This document shows, piece after piece, positions 25,750 through 37,945 of a stretch of 64,000 bases of DNA (its first letter is position 1; each line of letters starts with the position of its first letter). Origin of the DNA: Vicugna vicugna (lineage: Eukaryota); assembly GCA_013265495.1 (NCBI GenBank), contig MU061579.1, positions 5,888,963 through 5,952,962 of the forward strand, read 5' to 3'. Below the pieces are notes generated by a model. It was not told where the DNA came from. It was given only the letters and a program-made list of their open reading frames with translations, and ran no database searches. Both the position numbers and the translations under genes were made by a program.

Positions 25750-26200
25750 TGCCTTGTTGTTGCAAGTTACGGAACACACAGCTCAAACTGTTTTAAGAAA
25801 TACACTGGGTTAGCTATATAGCTGAAAAATCCAGAAGAATTAGTTTCAAGTATGGCTTGTTTAGGGCCCCTGCTCCTTTCCCCTGTAATTCTGGAATTCT
25901 CTTTGTTCTGCTCCAAGTATAGAATTTATGCGCAAGTGGACTTCTGTCATTATAGCAAAGTTATTGTGCATTTTCAGGCAAGACCATCACAATGTCCTCC
26001 TCATCAAATCTAATGAAGTTAAGCTGATTAAACTACCCTTCAACTTATTCCTGTGCATGAGGGAACGCCATGGGAGTGCTTCACTGGGGATGGAATTATC
26101 CATGATGAATGTGTACAAATTAAAAATCAACCCTAAACTTGGGATCAGTTCAATCCTAACCACAATTCATAAGAATGAATGTTGCAGAGAAAAATCACAA
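25750..26200 (-). mobile_element. Old MLT1 (MaLR) LTR
   Basis: gttgcaagttacggaacacacagctcaaactgttttaag...gaaaaatccagaagaattagtttcaagtatggc. Confidence 0.5.
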
Positions 26201-26489
26201 TGATCTCTACAAAAAACAACACTCTGGTCATTTTCTTACACAGATCCTACATTTAGTTTCATATAAGTTATTATTAACCTCAACCCATAATCATATTTTG
26301 GATATTAAAAGTTAACTCAGAGGCATGATTCTACTGGACTTCAGCCTTCAGGATTTGAAAGTATAAGCTATTACTTTACAATAATGATAATGTAGGAGAC
26401 AATCTCTCTAATAACTATGACTTCATCAATAAGGACACTTTTAAAATTCAATTTCATAAAAATACACCTGGCAAAAAATTCATTAAATG

Positions 26490-26690
26490 AATATTTATTT
26501 TTGAATTAGTTAATAAATCTTTACATTAATGTAGTGACTCAAGATATGTTGTGCCCATTTACACTTGAAGAAACTGTGGTTTAATGTGAATAAGTGACTT
26601 GCCGAAGTTCATACAACTAAAAGTGGGAGCAGAAGAGCACACAGATACTGTAAATCTAAGTCTCTTTCTAATCTATTATATTGGATGGAA
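26490..26690 (-). mobile_element. MIR fragment
   Basis: cccatttacacttgaagaaactgtggttt...aagtgacttgccgaagttcatacaacta. Confidence 0.65.
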
Positions 26691-27049
26691 GAACATACAT
26701 AAAAAGCAGGATCTAAAATACACACTTTAAAACATTTAAGGTTGTAAAGATAGGGCAAGAATATAAAAGTAATAAATGAAGAATGAAACACTTATATATC
26801 ACTGTTCATAGATTATATATTAAATTTCATTTTGTAGTTTTCCACTTAGGAGCAAGGAAATGAAGACATAAATATCAGCCCCTAAATTTAATAAAAGGCT
26901 GAAGAGTGAGGAAGAGAAAAAGGTTGAAAGAAGATACCTGCCTCCCTGTGTGATCAGGATTTTTTATGGGGGTGGTTTGATCAGTTGCTCTCTCTGGTAC
27001 AGGTACACACACAAGAAAAAAACTGTGTTTACATCAAAGCAAGAAAAGC

Positions 27050-28660
27050 ATCCTTTTGAGAAACTTCTCCTATGTTTAAGAAATAGAGATATCTCAGTTC
27101 CCAGGAGATGGCTCAAGCTCTCTGTCCTTCCTGCAGCACAAATTGCCACTTCCACAGCTTCCATTCTACCTGACTCTCTCTCACTGTCTCTATCAATTTC
27201 TCTCCCTCCAGTGACTCACTCCTAGAAACAAAAATGCTTTTCTTTTTCCTATCTTAGAATAAAAATTCACTTCACTCATTTCTCCACTCCAGCTACTGAC
27301 TCCTTTCTATGCTCTTTCCAATGTTTATATTTAGTCACTGTTTTTAAATTTTCTATACCCATTTTGTCTTGAACCCTTGCATGGAAAACCATTGTCCCTA
27401 ATTTTCCACTGAAACTGCAAAAATCAAGCTTAGCAATGGCTCTAACTTGCCAATTCCAGTGGTCAATTTTCAGTCACCCTACTTGACCTATCAGTAGCAT
27501 TTGACTGAAAATTATTAAAGGGTAACCTCATTTAAAACAAAGGCAGAAAGGCCTGAAGGGGGAGGTCTAACTCACTGTCTTCTGCAGACCCCCAATAGGA
27601 AGATACCTTGCATCTCCAGCAGGAGGAAAGTTACTACCTTACTACTCCAGCAAGAGGAAGGAAGATTTTCCTCTCCCCCATTAACTGCCCCAGCCAATGA
27701 GAAATAATCATTCCCTAGCCAATGAGAAACTACCACTATCCTAAATTCTCCCTTCCTCCAATGGACTTTCATTTAAAGAAGTCCCTCCCAACTCTTTCCT
27801 TTCTCTCTATAAAGTAACTCTCCTCTCCTTTGTTTGCCAGACTTGCCATAGCTCATATATCCCTAATTGAAGTTCTTTTGCTCTTCCTGAATGAACAGAG
27901 TTTACTGGTAAAGTAACTGGCTATTTTAAAGTAACTGGCTATGACAAAATTCACTATTCATTTTTGAAACACATCCTTGGCTTCTTAGGCATCATTCTCT
28001 TTTGGCTTTCCTTCTTTCTCATGCTCTCCCCTTCTCATTATCCTTTGTTGGTGTTTCCTAATTGCCCCAACCACTATAGGTTGTTGTGAAATTGGGCCAA
28101 CTCAGCAAACACTTCTGTTTTTTCCCACCTTTACTCTCTAGGTGATCTCACTGGCTTCTTGACTTTAAATATCATCTATATGCTAATGACTTCAACATTT
28201 ATATCCAGAGCCAGAGCCCAGTTCCTGAACTCCAAGCACATAAATCCAACTTCCAACATCAATCCTTAGATGTTCAAATTCCTGATCTCCCCACCTACCA
28301 CCAAACTTGCTCTTCCCACAGACTATCCCTAAGTCAGTAAATGAAAATTTTATTCTTTGATAATCCCATCCATCAGCCAACCATGTTAGCTCTTTATTTT
28401 AAATATAGCTATTAACTCTGTTTTAAATATTCCTTTAGCTCCACAAAGTCTGTGCTCAAATGCCATGTTAAAGTGAAACTTTCCTTGACATATTAGCAAT
28501 TATTAGATCTGAAAAAAATTAAAAATTTGCTTGTTTGTTATTGAACCTTCTCAACTAGAATGTAAGCTCCAAGAGGGGAAAAATAATCCTGTTTTTCTTC
28601 TCTATCCTAGTGCCAGAATAACATCTGGCATAAGGTAGCTTGTCAATAAATATCTTCTGA
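27050..28660 (+). mobile_element. L2 remnant with 3' end, interrupted by an LTR
   Basis: ttccactgaaactgc...cttgacctatcagtagcatttgac...aactagaatgtaagctcc...tcaataaatat. Confidence 0.75.
27506..27946 (+). mobile_element. ERV1-type solo LTR
   Basis: TG...CA ends, duplicated CCAAT boxes (agccaatgagaaa x2) and a TATA box (ctataaa, about 27807). It interrupts the L2. Confidence 0.7.
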
Positions 28661-29514
28661 ATAACTATATCATTATTTCTTTCTAATCCCATGTGGTACT
28701 AAGTCAGAAACTGCCTTAGAAGTTTTTGTATGTTTTTATTTTTGGAGATATGTTGTGGAAAGTTTCTTGTAGATTGCTGATTATGTAGCTCTATAGCTCA
28801 GGGCATAGGCAATGAAGAAAATAGGTGCTCAATTCATGTTTAGAGAATGTATGAGAAAAATGGAATTGATGAGGAAAGGAAGGATAGGAAGAAGTTATTT
28901 TGAATTAGAAAGTATGCCATTGCTTGTTGTTACTACAATATTAGAGTTATTTGTTGACACAGAATAACCTAATTTACCCTGATTCATACATCACTTTAAA
29001 GTTTTCCTACACCTCTTACCCAAATGGTCAAGGTGATCACATTAGTACCCTACAGGTAGTGTGACTATATATTTAACCAGGACACTTTCGAATCCTAAAA
29101 CAGAGTGTTAAAATAATTAAAATTCTATGCTTTTTGAAATACTTATTTTTGACTGAAAAATGTGTTGTAGTATATCAGTAAACTTATGTATACTTCTGCT
29201 TAAAAATTATTTTTAAAAATGTAATTATTTCCCAAAATTAAAATATGTCAGTGAATATAAAAACAAAAATTTAAAATAAACTCTATAATAATATCTTTTA
29301 CATTAAAATAAAAACAGATAATTATTCTTGGTAGATAATTGCATGCTTTAATAAGCTTCTTAACTTTATCTCTCTAATATTGTATTTTTCAGAAGAATGT
29401 ATTTTTTAATATAATCTTAATTTCTTTGGTTTTCATAAAATTACCTGGAATCTATTTCACAGTTGAAACAAATGCGTATAAATTTTGAAATAGTTATCCT
29501 TTTCAGTTGAGTTT

Positions 29515-30315
29515 TGTGTTAGTTCAGGTCCTCCTGGAATAAGATGCCAAGAAGAATTTATGTGTGCAGCATACTTATAGAGGATAAAGGGGACAAAGAC
29601 CAAGAGTAGGCAGGGAGAGTCTCTAGACCAAGATGCGGGTCTGACACCTGTGAAAGGAGTCATCAAAAGAAAGAGCACAGTGCTGATAAAGTCTAGGCGA
29701 GGCTTCTGGGGAGTCTCCAAGCAAAGATTGCCTTGGGTAGGAAGGACCAGGTATGTACCCCAACCAGGCTCAGTTATTGGCTGGTGTCTTAGTCTGCTCA
29801 GGCAGCTATAATAATACAGACTAGGTGGCTTAAACAATGGACTTTTTTTTTTCCACAAAATTCTGGAAGCTGGGAAGTCCCAGATCAATGTGCAAGCCAA
29901 TTTGATTTCAAGTGAGAGTTCTCTTCCTGGCTTGCAGACAGCCGCCATCTTGCTGTTTCCTCACATGGCAGAGGAAGACGGAAAGATCAAGCTCTCTGGT
30001 ATCTCTTCTCATAAGGACACTAGTCCTATTGGACCAGGGCCCCACTCTTGTGACCTCATTTACCTTAATTATCTCCTGGAAGGCCCCATCTCAAAGTACA
30101 GTCGCATGGTGGGAAAGTGGTTTAGGGCTTCAACATAGGAACTTAAGGAGCATAATTCAACCCATCGCAGCTGGGTTGATCTCAGAGGGAATAGGCCTCA
30201 GAATGATCGCCACACCAGATCCCTAGGTGTGGCCCTGGAGGCTGTGAGACAAATATACTCCTGTAGCAGTTTCCCTTGAAGGAAGACATGAGCTGCCACA
30301 ACTCTTCCCTCTGTA
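29515..30315 (-). mobile_element. LTR16-like (ERVL) LTR, split by MLT1
   Basis: tgtgttagttcaggtcctcc...gatgcgggtctgacacctgtgaaaggag...ctcagttattggctgg. Confidence 0.65.
29785..30169 (-). mobile_element. MLT1A/B-like solo LTR
   Basis: tgtcttagtctgctcaggcagctataa...ttcaacccatcgca. 5-bp TSD gctgg (29780-29784 / 30170-30174). Confidence 0.9.
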
Positions 30316-30855
30316 AGTACTGAAGCACCTGCCCCTAGAGAGCCAATGTGTTCAATGGAGAAGATTCTAAAAGCAACTTTTATAATAAAGAGTATAAATA
30401 TTTTACTCCCCAAATACTGACAGTTAAGTTTATTTGGCTGTATTAAGAATACCTTTCTTTGACAGATCTATTTTACAAGATAAACTCGTCAAATAAATTA
30501 TATTTTATCAAAATTGGATCCACTAAATCATAGGCTTTTTTACTTTTATTCCATAATGACACAGAATAGAATCTGACATGTGAGAATGGACTTCGGACAG
30601 GCTGAACTCTGGGTCTGCTAAAGGACACTTTAGAGAAATTGAATTTCACCTCACTTAATCTTGCAGTAAGGAAAGTGAAGGGTTTCTTGCAATAATTATT
30701 TTCCCCTGAAGAGTAAGCACACATGAACCTATTGTCATGGAACGGTCAGGAGTCAGAGAACTGGTCAAAAGAGTTAAAAAAAAAAAAAAACACTGAGAGA
30801 ATAAATACCCAAGGGAGTCTTCGACACCCTCTCCCCTGGGTAAGAGGGATTATCC

Positions 30856-31362
30856 TGTTGACTGAAATAACATCACACGATGTGACAGTTGTGGGTTAAG
30901 ATCCATTTGAGGCAAAGTGAGGACTGTGGCCTGGGAGACAGCATCTCAGAAAGCTCTGAGGAACTCCTCTGAAAAGGCAGGGGGCAACTCAGTATTATAT
31001 ATGATGTCAGTGAAGTGGGGATGTGCAGTCAAGCACATGTTTAGGCAGAGGCTTGTCGCCAGTCACGAGGAGCAGATGTCACCGTTAGTAATATTAGTGC
31101 TTTTCTAGATATGAGGAGATGCAAGAATTTGAGCTCATAAAATCCTCTCCTGAAAATATCCAGCTGTCTGAAGGCCTGTTCCGCCAGTATTCCCAGAGCA
31201 CTGAGCGCCTCGTTCCTGGTCTCCACCCTGAACTCCTCTCAGAGTGTTGGAGGTGAGCAACTGCAGCGGCTCTTGATTTCATCAAAGCAATGTTAGATGG
31301 TAAGTGTGAATGTGATCCAGTCCTTGTAGAGGCAGATGGCAAGTGCCAATTTTCAGTTAGCA
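30856..31362 (-). mobile_element. Full-length ERV1 solo LTR (MER41-like)
   Basis: 507 bp with TG...CA ends and imperfect terminal inverted repeats tgttgactgaaa / tttcagttagca. 4-bp TSD atcc (30852-30855 / 31363-31366). Minus-strand TATA near 30995. Confidence 0.88.
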
Positions 31363-31789
31363 ATCCACAACTGCTTACATCTGTTGGAAACTCTGGGAAA
31401 TTGATCTTTTCTGAGAGTATTCTGCGTTACCACCTACATCACTAACCATATCCGTAAATTTCTGTAACCTTCTGAGAAAATCTCTCTCACTGTGACTGCA
31501 AGACTCCACCACGCCATTACCAGCCCACCATAACAACTGGAAATGAGAAAAAGAAGCTCACATTTCTTCCCTTTATCTTCCAAAGCGTATTTAATTTGCT
31601 GTTTAGAAAATAAATACAATAAAACATAAGATTAAAACTGAAATGTTTAAATAAGGAAAAATTTTTAAAGATGGTCAAAAAAAGTATTATCATTATATGA
31701 TTGAGAAGTGATATGAAACATATAGAATTCTTCCTGGAAGCAGAAACCTCAGATTTGACTCTGAGTCATCAAGCAGCAGTTCAAAAAGA

Positions 31790-32336
31790 TATCACGACAA
31801 AAGTGACACAGGGCAAAGCTGAGCAGGCAAGGAAGACTTGATTCAACTTATTGCAGTGGGGGAGGCAGACTGAACTCAACTCTGCTCAAACAAAAGGTGG
31901 GATCGTTTTTAAGGGCTGAAATGATCTAGTGGAAAGTACCAGAGAACATTAGGGGACAGGCTGATCAATGGAATGTGTGGAGCACACTGAGTTATTCCTA
32001 TCTCTGCAAATGTTCTTCTCTGGGATTAGGCCATCTGTGTTTGCTAATTGGCATAGGAATTAGGCTCCTCATCTCCTACAGAGACCTGAGGATAGAGATG
32101 CTATCTCCTTCTATGTTTACATTTTAAAGGGATGATTCCCAGGTCCTTGAGAAAAGACATTTTCTGGGTTGTAAAGCTGGCAGGAAGCCGGGAAAAGAGT
32201 CGCATACATTTCAAAGGGACATAGGAAGAATTTACAAGTTTTCTAAAGTAAATATGCCAAGAAAAAGTCAGAGGCCTAGAGTCAGGAAAGACTCTGAAGT
32301 TTTCATAGGCTGAGGAGAACATTCAGGTCCCCTTAA
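31790..32336 (-). mobile_element. ERV1 solo LTR (MER34/MER39-like)
   Basis: The reverse complement aligns with 2431-4067 (tactttagaaaacttgtaa...gtccctt). Confidence 0.75.
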
Positions 32337-32899
32337 GGGGTCAGAAAGTAGGATGTTTCATTATGTTGTTCACTGAACTCATACTGTTAAAAAAAATGGA
32401 TTACCCCCACAGAAGAACATGTATTTATAAAAATGAAACAGAATTAGGGGTAAATTCCTGCCGTGGTGCGTTATACATAAAAAAATTGTAAAGAAATAAA
32501 GAGGATTCACAACATATTTATAGTAATGATCATCACATTTGCACAGGGATTTTTCTTCAGTGTAGGTGAAAGAAATAAGGCCAACATACAAGTTATTAAT
32601 TAAACTTGAGAAGGAGGGGGCACAGGTAATGATACAGAGTTTAGATTTTTTAGGTGACCTGCTCTAATCAGAGGACAGACTAAAAAAAAAAAAAAAACGA
32701 ATAGACTGCCTGTCATAGAATCCACCTCTGTGTTTCCTGAGGAATTTAGATGCAGCAGTGTTTGTAGTTGTGCTTGACGACTCCCTATTAATGACTGCTA
32801 GTTTCAGCTGCCTGAGAAGGGAGAAACAGGATTAACACTTCCTTTTGATACTGAGAACTGCCAAAATGCACACAGCCACAAAGAAATCTATTTCATCAC

Positions 32900-33400
32900 T
32901 GCATGGAAGTAGCACGTATATGCAACATCTGCTCTGCACCAAGGGTATCCTGCAAACATCGTCTCGTTTATTTTGCACAAAAAACCGTCTGACGTGTATT
33001 TAATTTCTATAAACATGTTAAATGCTTTTCAATTTCAATAGTTTTAGTACTTTCTTTTAGATATCCAAAAGGCCTGGCAAGGTTAAGTCACTTGGCTTTA
33101 TTTGTATAGAGTTAATCCTTGAACAATATGGGGGTTTGGGGTACCAACTCCCCGACTCCATACATGGTAGAAAACCCATGTATAACTTTATAGTCCGCAC
33201 ACATTCTTTATCCATGGTTCTGCATCAGCAGATTCAACCAGCCGTGGATCATGTGGTATGGCATTACATACTTATTGAAAAAAAAATCCATGTATAAATG
33301 GCCCTGCACAGTTCAAACTCCTATTATTCTAGGGTTGACTGTATTATTTTGCCATCAGTGAATTTGAACCCAGATCTGTCAGAATCTAAATCTGCTTGAT
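32900..33400 (-). mobile_element. MIR split by MER8
   Basis: aaggttaagtcacttgg on the left and gaatttgaacccagatctgtcagaatctaaa on the right. Confidence 0.6.
33109..33341 (+). mobile_element. MER8 (TcMar-Tigger MITE)
   Basis: About 233 bp, terminal inverted repeats gagttaatccttgaacaa / ttattctagggttgactg, TA on both sides. Confidence 0.85.
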
Positions 33401-33479
33401 TCTTTTCACTATACTAGGTTGACTCCCCAGTGATATAGGGGTCCTAAAATCATGTACTTTTAGAGGAAGGCAGAGAATA

Positions 33480-33625
33480 CAGTTGACCTCTGTGTCTGCA
33501 CATGCAGAACCTATAGAGTCAAAGAGCTGACTACATAATTTACACAAGGGACTTGAGCATCTGTGAATTTTGGTATCTGTAGGGTGTCCTGGAACAAATC
33601 CCCCATGGATGTCAAGGGACAACTG
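33480..33625. mobile_element. MER2 (Tigger) internally deleted MITE
   Basis: cagttgacctctgtgtctgc...gggacttgagcatctgtgaattttggtatc...agggacaactg. Confidence 0.8.
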
Positions 33626-35644
33626 TGTAAATATGCAATGTTGGCCTCATATAAGATAGAGGCAGGACTATAAGAAATATGTATTTTTTCTTCTCACTCA
33701 ACAATAAGAAAAACAACAGCACAAGTGCCCTGCTAAATAACAACTGAGGTTGGGCCTCTGTGTTGGGAGGCGATAGGGAATGGTGGGGACTGTGGTGCTG
33801 TACAGGGAAGGTGATCCTAACCCAGCCAGTAATCACACTGTCTGCAAAAAGATCCACTGATATAAAATACTTTGGTATTTTTTTTCAAAGGAAGTCAATT
33901 ATTCACATGTAAGATGAAATCCCCCAGTTCTAATTAAGAATAAAATGTAAATATTGTGTAAGCCAACCTTGTATGAGTCAAACAAAATACATCTGTGAAC
34001 CATCTGGGGCCCTCCCGCTGCCAGTTTGCAACCTCTGATAGAAAAACACACTCAGTATTGCACTTGGATTTCTTAAGGGCAAACAGTAAAGGAAGCCAAG
34101 AGAGGTAAGAATGGGATAAATCAGTAAAATGTTCCAAAATTATCACTCTTCTCCTTCCTCTTCCAGTTATTTGACAGACAAGGTCTAAAGCATTAAGGTT
34201 AATATCGTTTAAAAAGGAAGATAAACCCTGTTCAAAAGACTGCTTAATAAGTCAAGAATATATATGTCCTACTCAGACATATTTTAAAAATGTGTCCTCT
34301 ACTCTAGAAAGTAAAGCTAAACAAAGAAATTGTGTTGCAGTAAGATCATCCTATGTTATGAAACGTTTTAGCAGTTTTATTTTAAATGTAGCAAAATTGT
34401 AGAAATGGTCTATACAACCTGATAATTCCAAGCGGGCTTTAGAAGAGATGGGTGTCTTTCTCAGGCCGATTGTAATAGATAAATTTATGTATACAGATGT
34501 AAACTAACTAAACATAAACACCAACACACACTTAAGGTCTCCTTCCAGTGAATTCCAAGCATTTATTTGCTGTCATATTCCTATGGTAATAAAAATGAGC
34601 TACTTTTGACGTTATAGTACATTCCATTTGGGGCATGACTTATCGCCACTACTAGCTTGAGTCTCCATGATAGTAATGACAATTCAATCCAAATCTGCCT
34701 GCTGCCAACACTAATTCAACTACATGATGCTACCTCATTCTTTTGCATCTCTTATAAATCCATGTCTGACACATAGTAGATAATCAAGATCAGGTGACTA
34801 AATAAATAAATACATACATAGTAACATAAAGGTTTGTCTCCATGTGGAGGAAGTGGGAGGTTTGTATCAATGGGAGAGGCACCACAGTAGACTGGAGTGC
34901 ATATAGACTTGTAGCTAGATTTCTAAAATTTTAAATTTATGAATACCAGTCTGATTATCTATGAACTAAATGAAGGCAGGCGATTCTCTTATCTTCCATT
35001 GGTAACCCCTTAAGATTGTGACGAGACCTGTGGAGAATGTCACATTTCAGTACGCTAGTTTTCTTTGCCCCTTCTTCTGTGTTGATCTTTTTTATTCCCT
35101 GTTGCAGGTTATCTATTATTAAGCAATGCATATGATATTATTTATGAGCTCATAGCCTGAATTACTGCTGAGCCTGGTAAAGTGCTCATCTCCCCTGGCT
35201 CTTAACTGGAAACATGTGGCATCAATAGGGCTAAAATGGAATGTGCAAATCTTAAGCACCAAACCCCTCCAGGCCCACAATGCTGTCCCTTATAATGTTC
35301 TTCCTTTGATCAAATTTATAATGCAAGCATGAAGGCTTCAGATTCATAATTCCACATAGCATCTGTAGAATTCAGATCTGTATATGCAGTGCTAAGTCCA
35401 GAAAATAAAACAAGCGAAGAGACATTCACATCTCCAGAAGGCAATCCATCATAGAAATGGAGAGAGAACAAAAGTGAGATTTCTCAACTTTTAAAAGTTT
35501 ATATAGTAACAGTTCTCTGACCTCTGAAGCCCTAGGACCCCCGTGATGAGTAAACAATCATCCTGTAAGTGTTACAGATCAATGGAACTTTTTCCCATGG
35601 AACTGGAACCTGACCTGGTTCCTTGCGGTGCACAGTACATGTGA

Positions 35645-35750
35645 TGGATGGAAAGAAAGAAAGAAGGAAAGAGGGACTCAAGGAATGAGAAAGGGAGCAA
35701 TTGAAGGAGGGAGGAGGATGAAAAAGAGGGAAGAAAGAGGGAAGGAAAAC
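35645..35750. repeat. GA-rich low-complexity tract
   Basis: Runs of gaaa, ggaa and ggga. Confidence 0.7.
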
Positions 35751-37605
35751 AATTTATATATATGAATTGATTAGATCATTCACTACAAAACACATTTTTT
35801 GTAAACAGTAATTTGTAAACTTAAATTTGTGAATAAGGAAATTTAATTTAGTATATAACATACATGCTACCCTATAAAGAGTTTAAGAATAAGATACAGA
35901 TGTAGAAGGAAGATCGTGACATAACAAAAAGAAAATCATGAAAGAATGATTTCTCCCTGATGGTCTACATCCCACCTTTTGAGCACAATCAAACTCTCTA
36001 GTTCGCCCTGGGTTGTTACTAGTCTTTGAGTTTATAGGCTGCCAGTAATACTCATTGGAATTCTGGGCTGCAGAGAATAGGTAAAACTGTGTGTCCCAGA
36101 GTTTCAGTTTTTTGAGAAAACATTTACTTTAAGGTTGAGAAGTTCTTAGGTTTAGGAAGAAATGAAGAAAACCCGTATCTTGGCTCTGAATTAAAAAAAA
36201 AAAATGTGCTACTTTTCAAAATGGCAGAACTCTGTTATAGGGAAAAATAAGGCGAAGGGTGCATTTCTTTTTCCTGCAAAGACAGCAAATATGTAAGCTT
36301 CACTGGTTTCTAGTGTTCCTTTTATGAAAATAATAGCTCAATGCTGCTTCAAGGTTATATTATTTAAAAGATACACTGTATGTGAAAACAGAGTCTGTGA
36401 GGCTTTTCAAAAACGTGTGTAAAACAGCTGTTTAGTTTGACAGAGCTTCAGATGCCGAGAGATTGTGTTGAATGCAAAATCAAGTTCTGAAAGTGAGAAG
36501 CTGAAAGGCAGTTAGACAGGCTTGACTCTTGACAAGATTTCAGCACTGCTTTGTCTCAAGAGGGCAATCAGTCCATCTCAGACTCATCTCAAGGGTTTTT
36601 AAGTGGTGTCTTGGGACATTCCCACTAAGAAGTTTTTTGGTCTAATACTTAAATCTCAGTGGTAGACCACTGTGTATTGTTTTTTATCACAAGTGCTGTG
36701 TCATTATGCAATTCGTTACATCAGTGAAATAATTCAATACTCAAATTCTAGGAGATGAGAAACATGTTAAAATGTTGACTTCCATTTAATACCCTGATAC
36801 TTGTATTCTGATAAAATCCATTGGTATGTTTGTCAGTAAAAACTGTACAGAGAATGTGAAGATACAGCAAACATACTCCAGCACAAATTGAACTGACGTC
36901 AGTAGAATAGAGATCTTTATTTTCCTTTCTTGTAACCCCACAGCCTATCACTGGGCTTGGAAAAATACATATATATTAAACTTTAATTTATATTTGGTTT
37001 ATAGATAAAGGAATGAATAAACAAAAGTAAAGACTCATAATAACTTAAAAGTACATCATGAACATATAAGAAGTCCAGGGAAATGGATTTCTAATTAACA
37101 TTCAAAGGCATGCAGGTAATATTAAAAAATGTGTTAAATCTGACTCCAGAGATGTGATGCAAAGAACTGCCCAGAGGCCATGTCTTCAAATTCAATGTCT
37201 GTCACCCCCAGTCTGATTGCTAAGGACAGAACTACCTGACCAAGAAGCATAGATTCAGTTGTCGATGTTATTTTATATTTAGAACATGTTTGCTCTGTTA
37301 GCTAAAAGTCAGGTAGTAAAATTCCCACACGAAAAGGAAAATTCCCACGTTGCTCTGTTCAGAGGTGGCTACACTGTGTGCCTTTCTCTGAACTTGCCTT
37401 TTCTCCCACTAGATCTGCTCTGTCTTGCCAGGTTTATGAGGATGTGATTTGCCAGGTCAACCACTATACGGGCACGGGTCTCTGATTTCTGAAACCTGGG
37501 ACTCCCTGAGTCAACTGTAATCCCCTGAGAATTATAGATCAATGAGCCCGTGCCCCCTTAAAATGAAACAAAATCTGATTCATGGTGGTGCCCAGTAAAA
37601 ATGCT

Positions 37606-37651
37606 GGAAGGAAAGGGAGAAGGAAGGAAAGGAAGGAAAGAAGAAAAGGAA
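37606..37651. repeat. Degenerate (GGAA)n repeat
   Basis: ggaaggaaagggagaaggaaggaaaggaaggaaagaagaaaaggaa. Confidence 0.75.
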
Positions 37652-37769
37652 TGTACTTATATGACTTGGTTGGATCAATTATTACAAAATACAGTTTTTA
37701 TAAATATTGTGTTATAAAGTACCTGGTAAGGAATTTCACTTGCTATGTAAGGACTGTGCTATCCTATAG

Positions 37770-37945
37770 AGTTTAAGATCAAGAATATGATATCTATATC
37801 TCCAGCTTTTCTGTTCCTGACTATGAGACCCTGGGCAACTTAATGTCTCTGAACACCAGTATGCTTATAAATGTGATCAATGTAAACATATCTTTTTGAA
37901 AACATTATTGAGGGAATCAGGGGAACTCATCTCTGTGAGAGTGGC
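37770..37945 (+). mobile_element. MIR fragment
   Basis: ctatgagaccctgggcaacttaatgtctctgaacaccagt. Confidence 0.55.

Noticed and set aside
29457..30226. Overlapping 82-163 aa ORFs
   Set aside because: They lie mostly in LTR16/MLT1 sequence.
35060..35185. Strong plus-strand acceptor at 35107 with a weak downstream donor
   Set aside because: Stops in all frames. It cannot be distinguished from a pseudo-exon without RNA data.
36523..36562. Possible hairpin ctcttgacaag...tttgtctcaagag
   Set aside because: Too short and too imperfect for a pre-miRNA.
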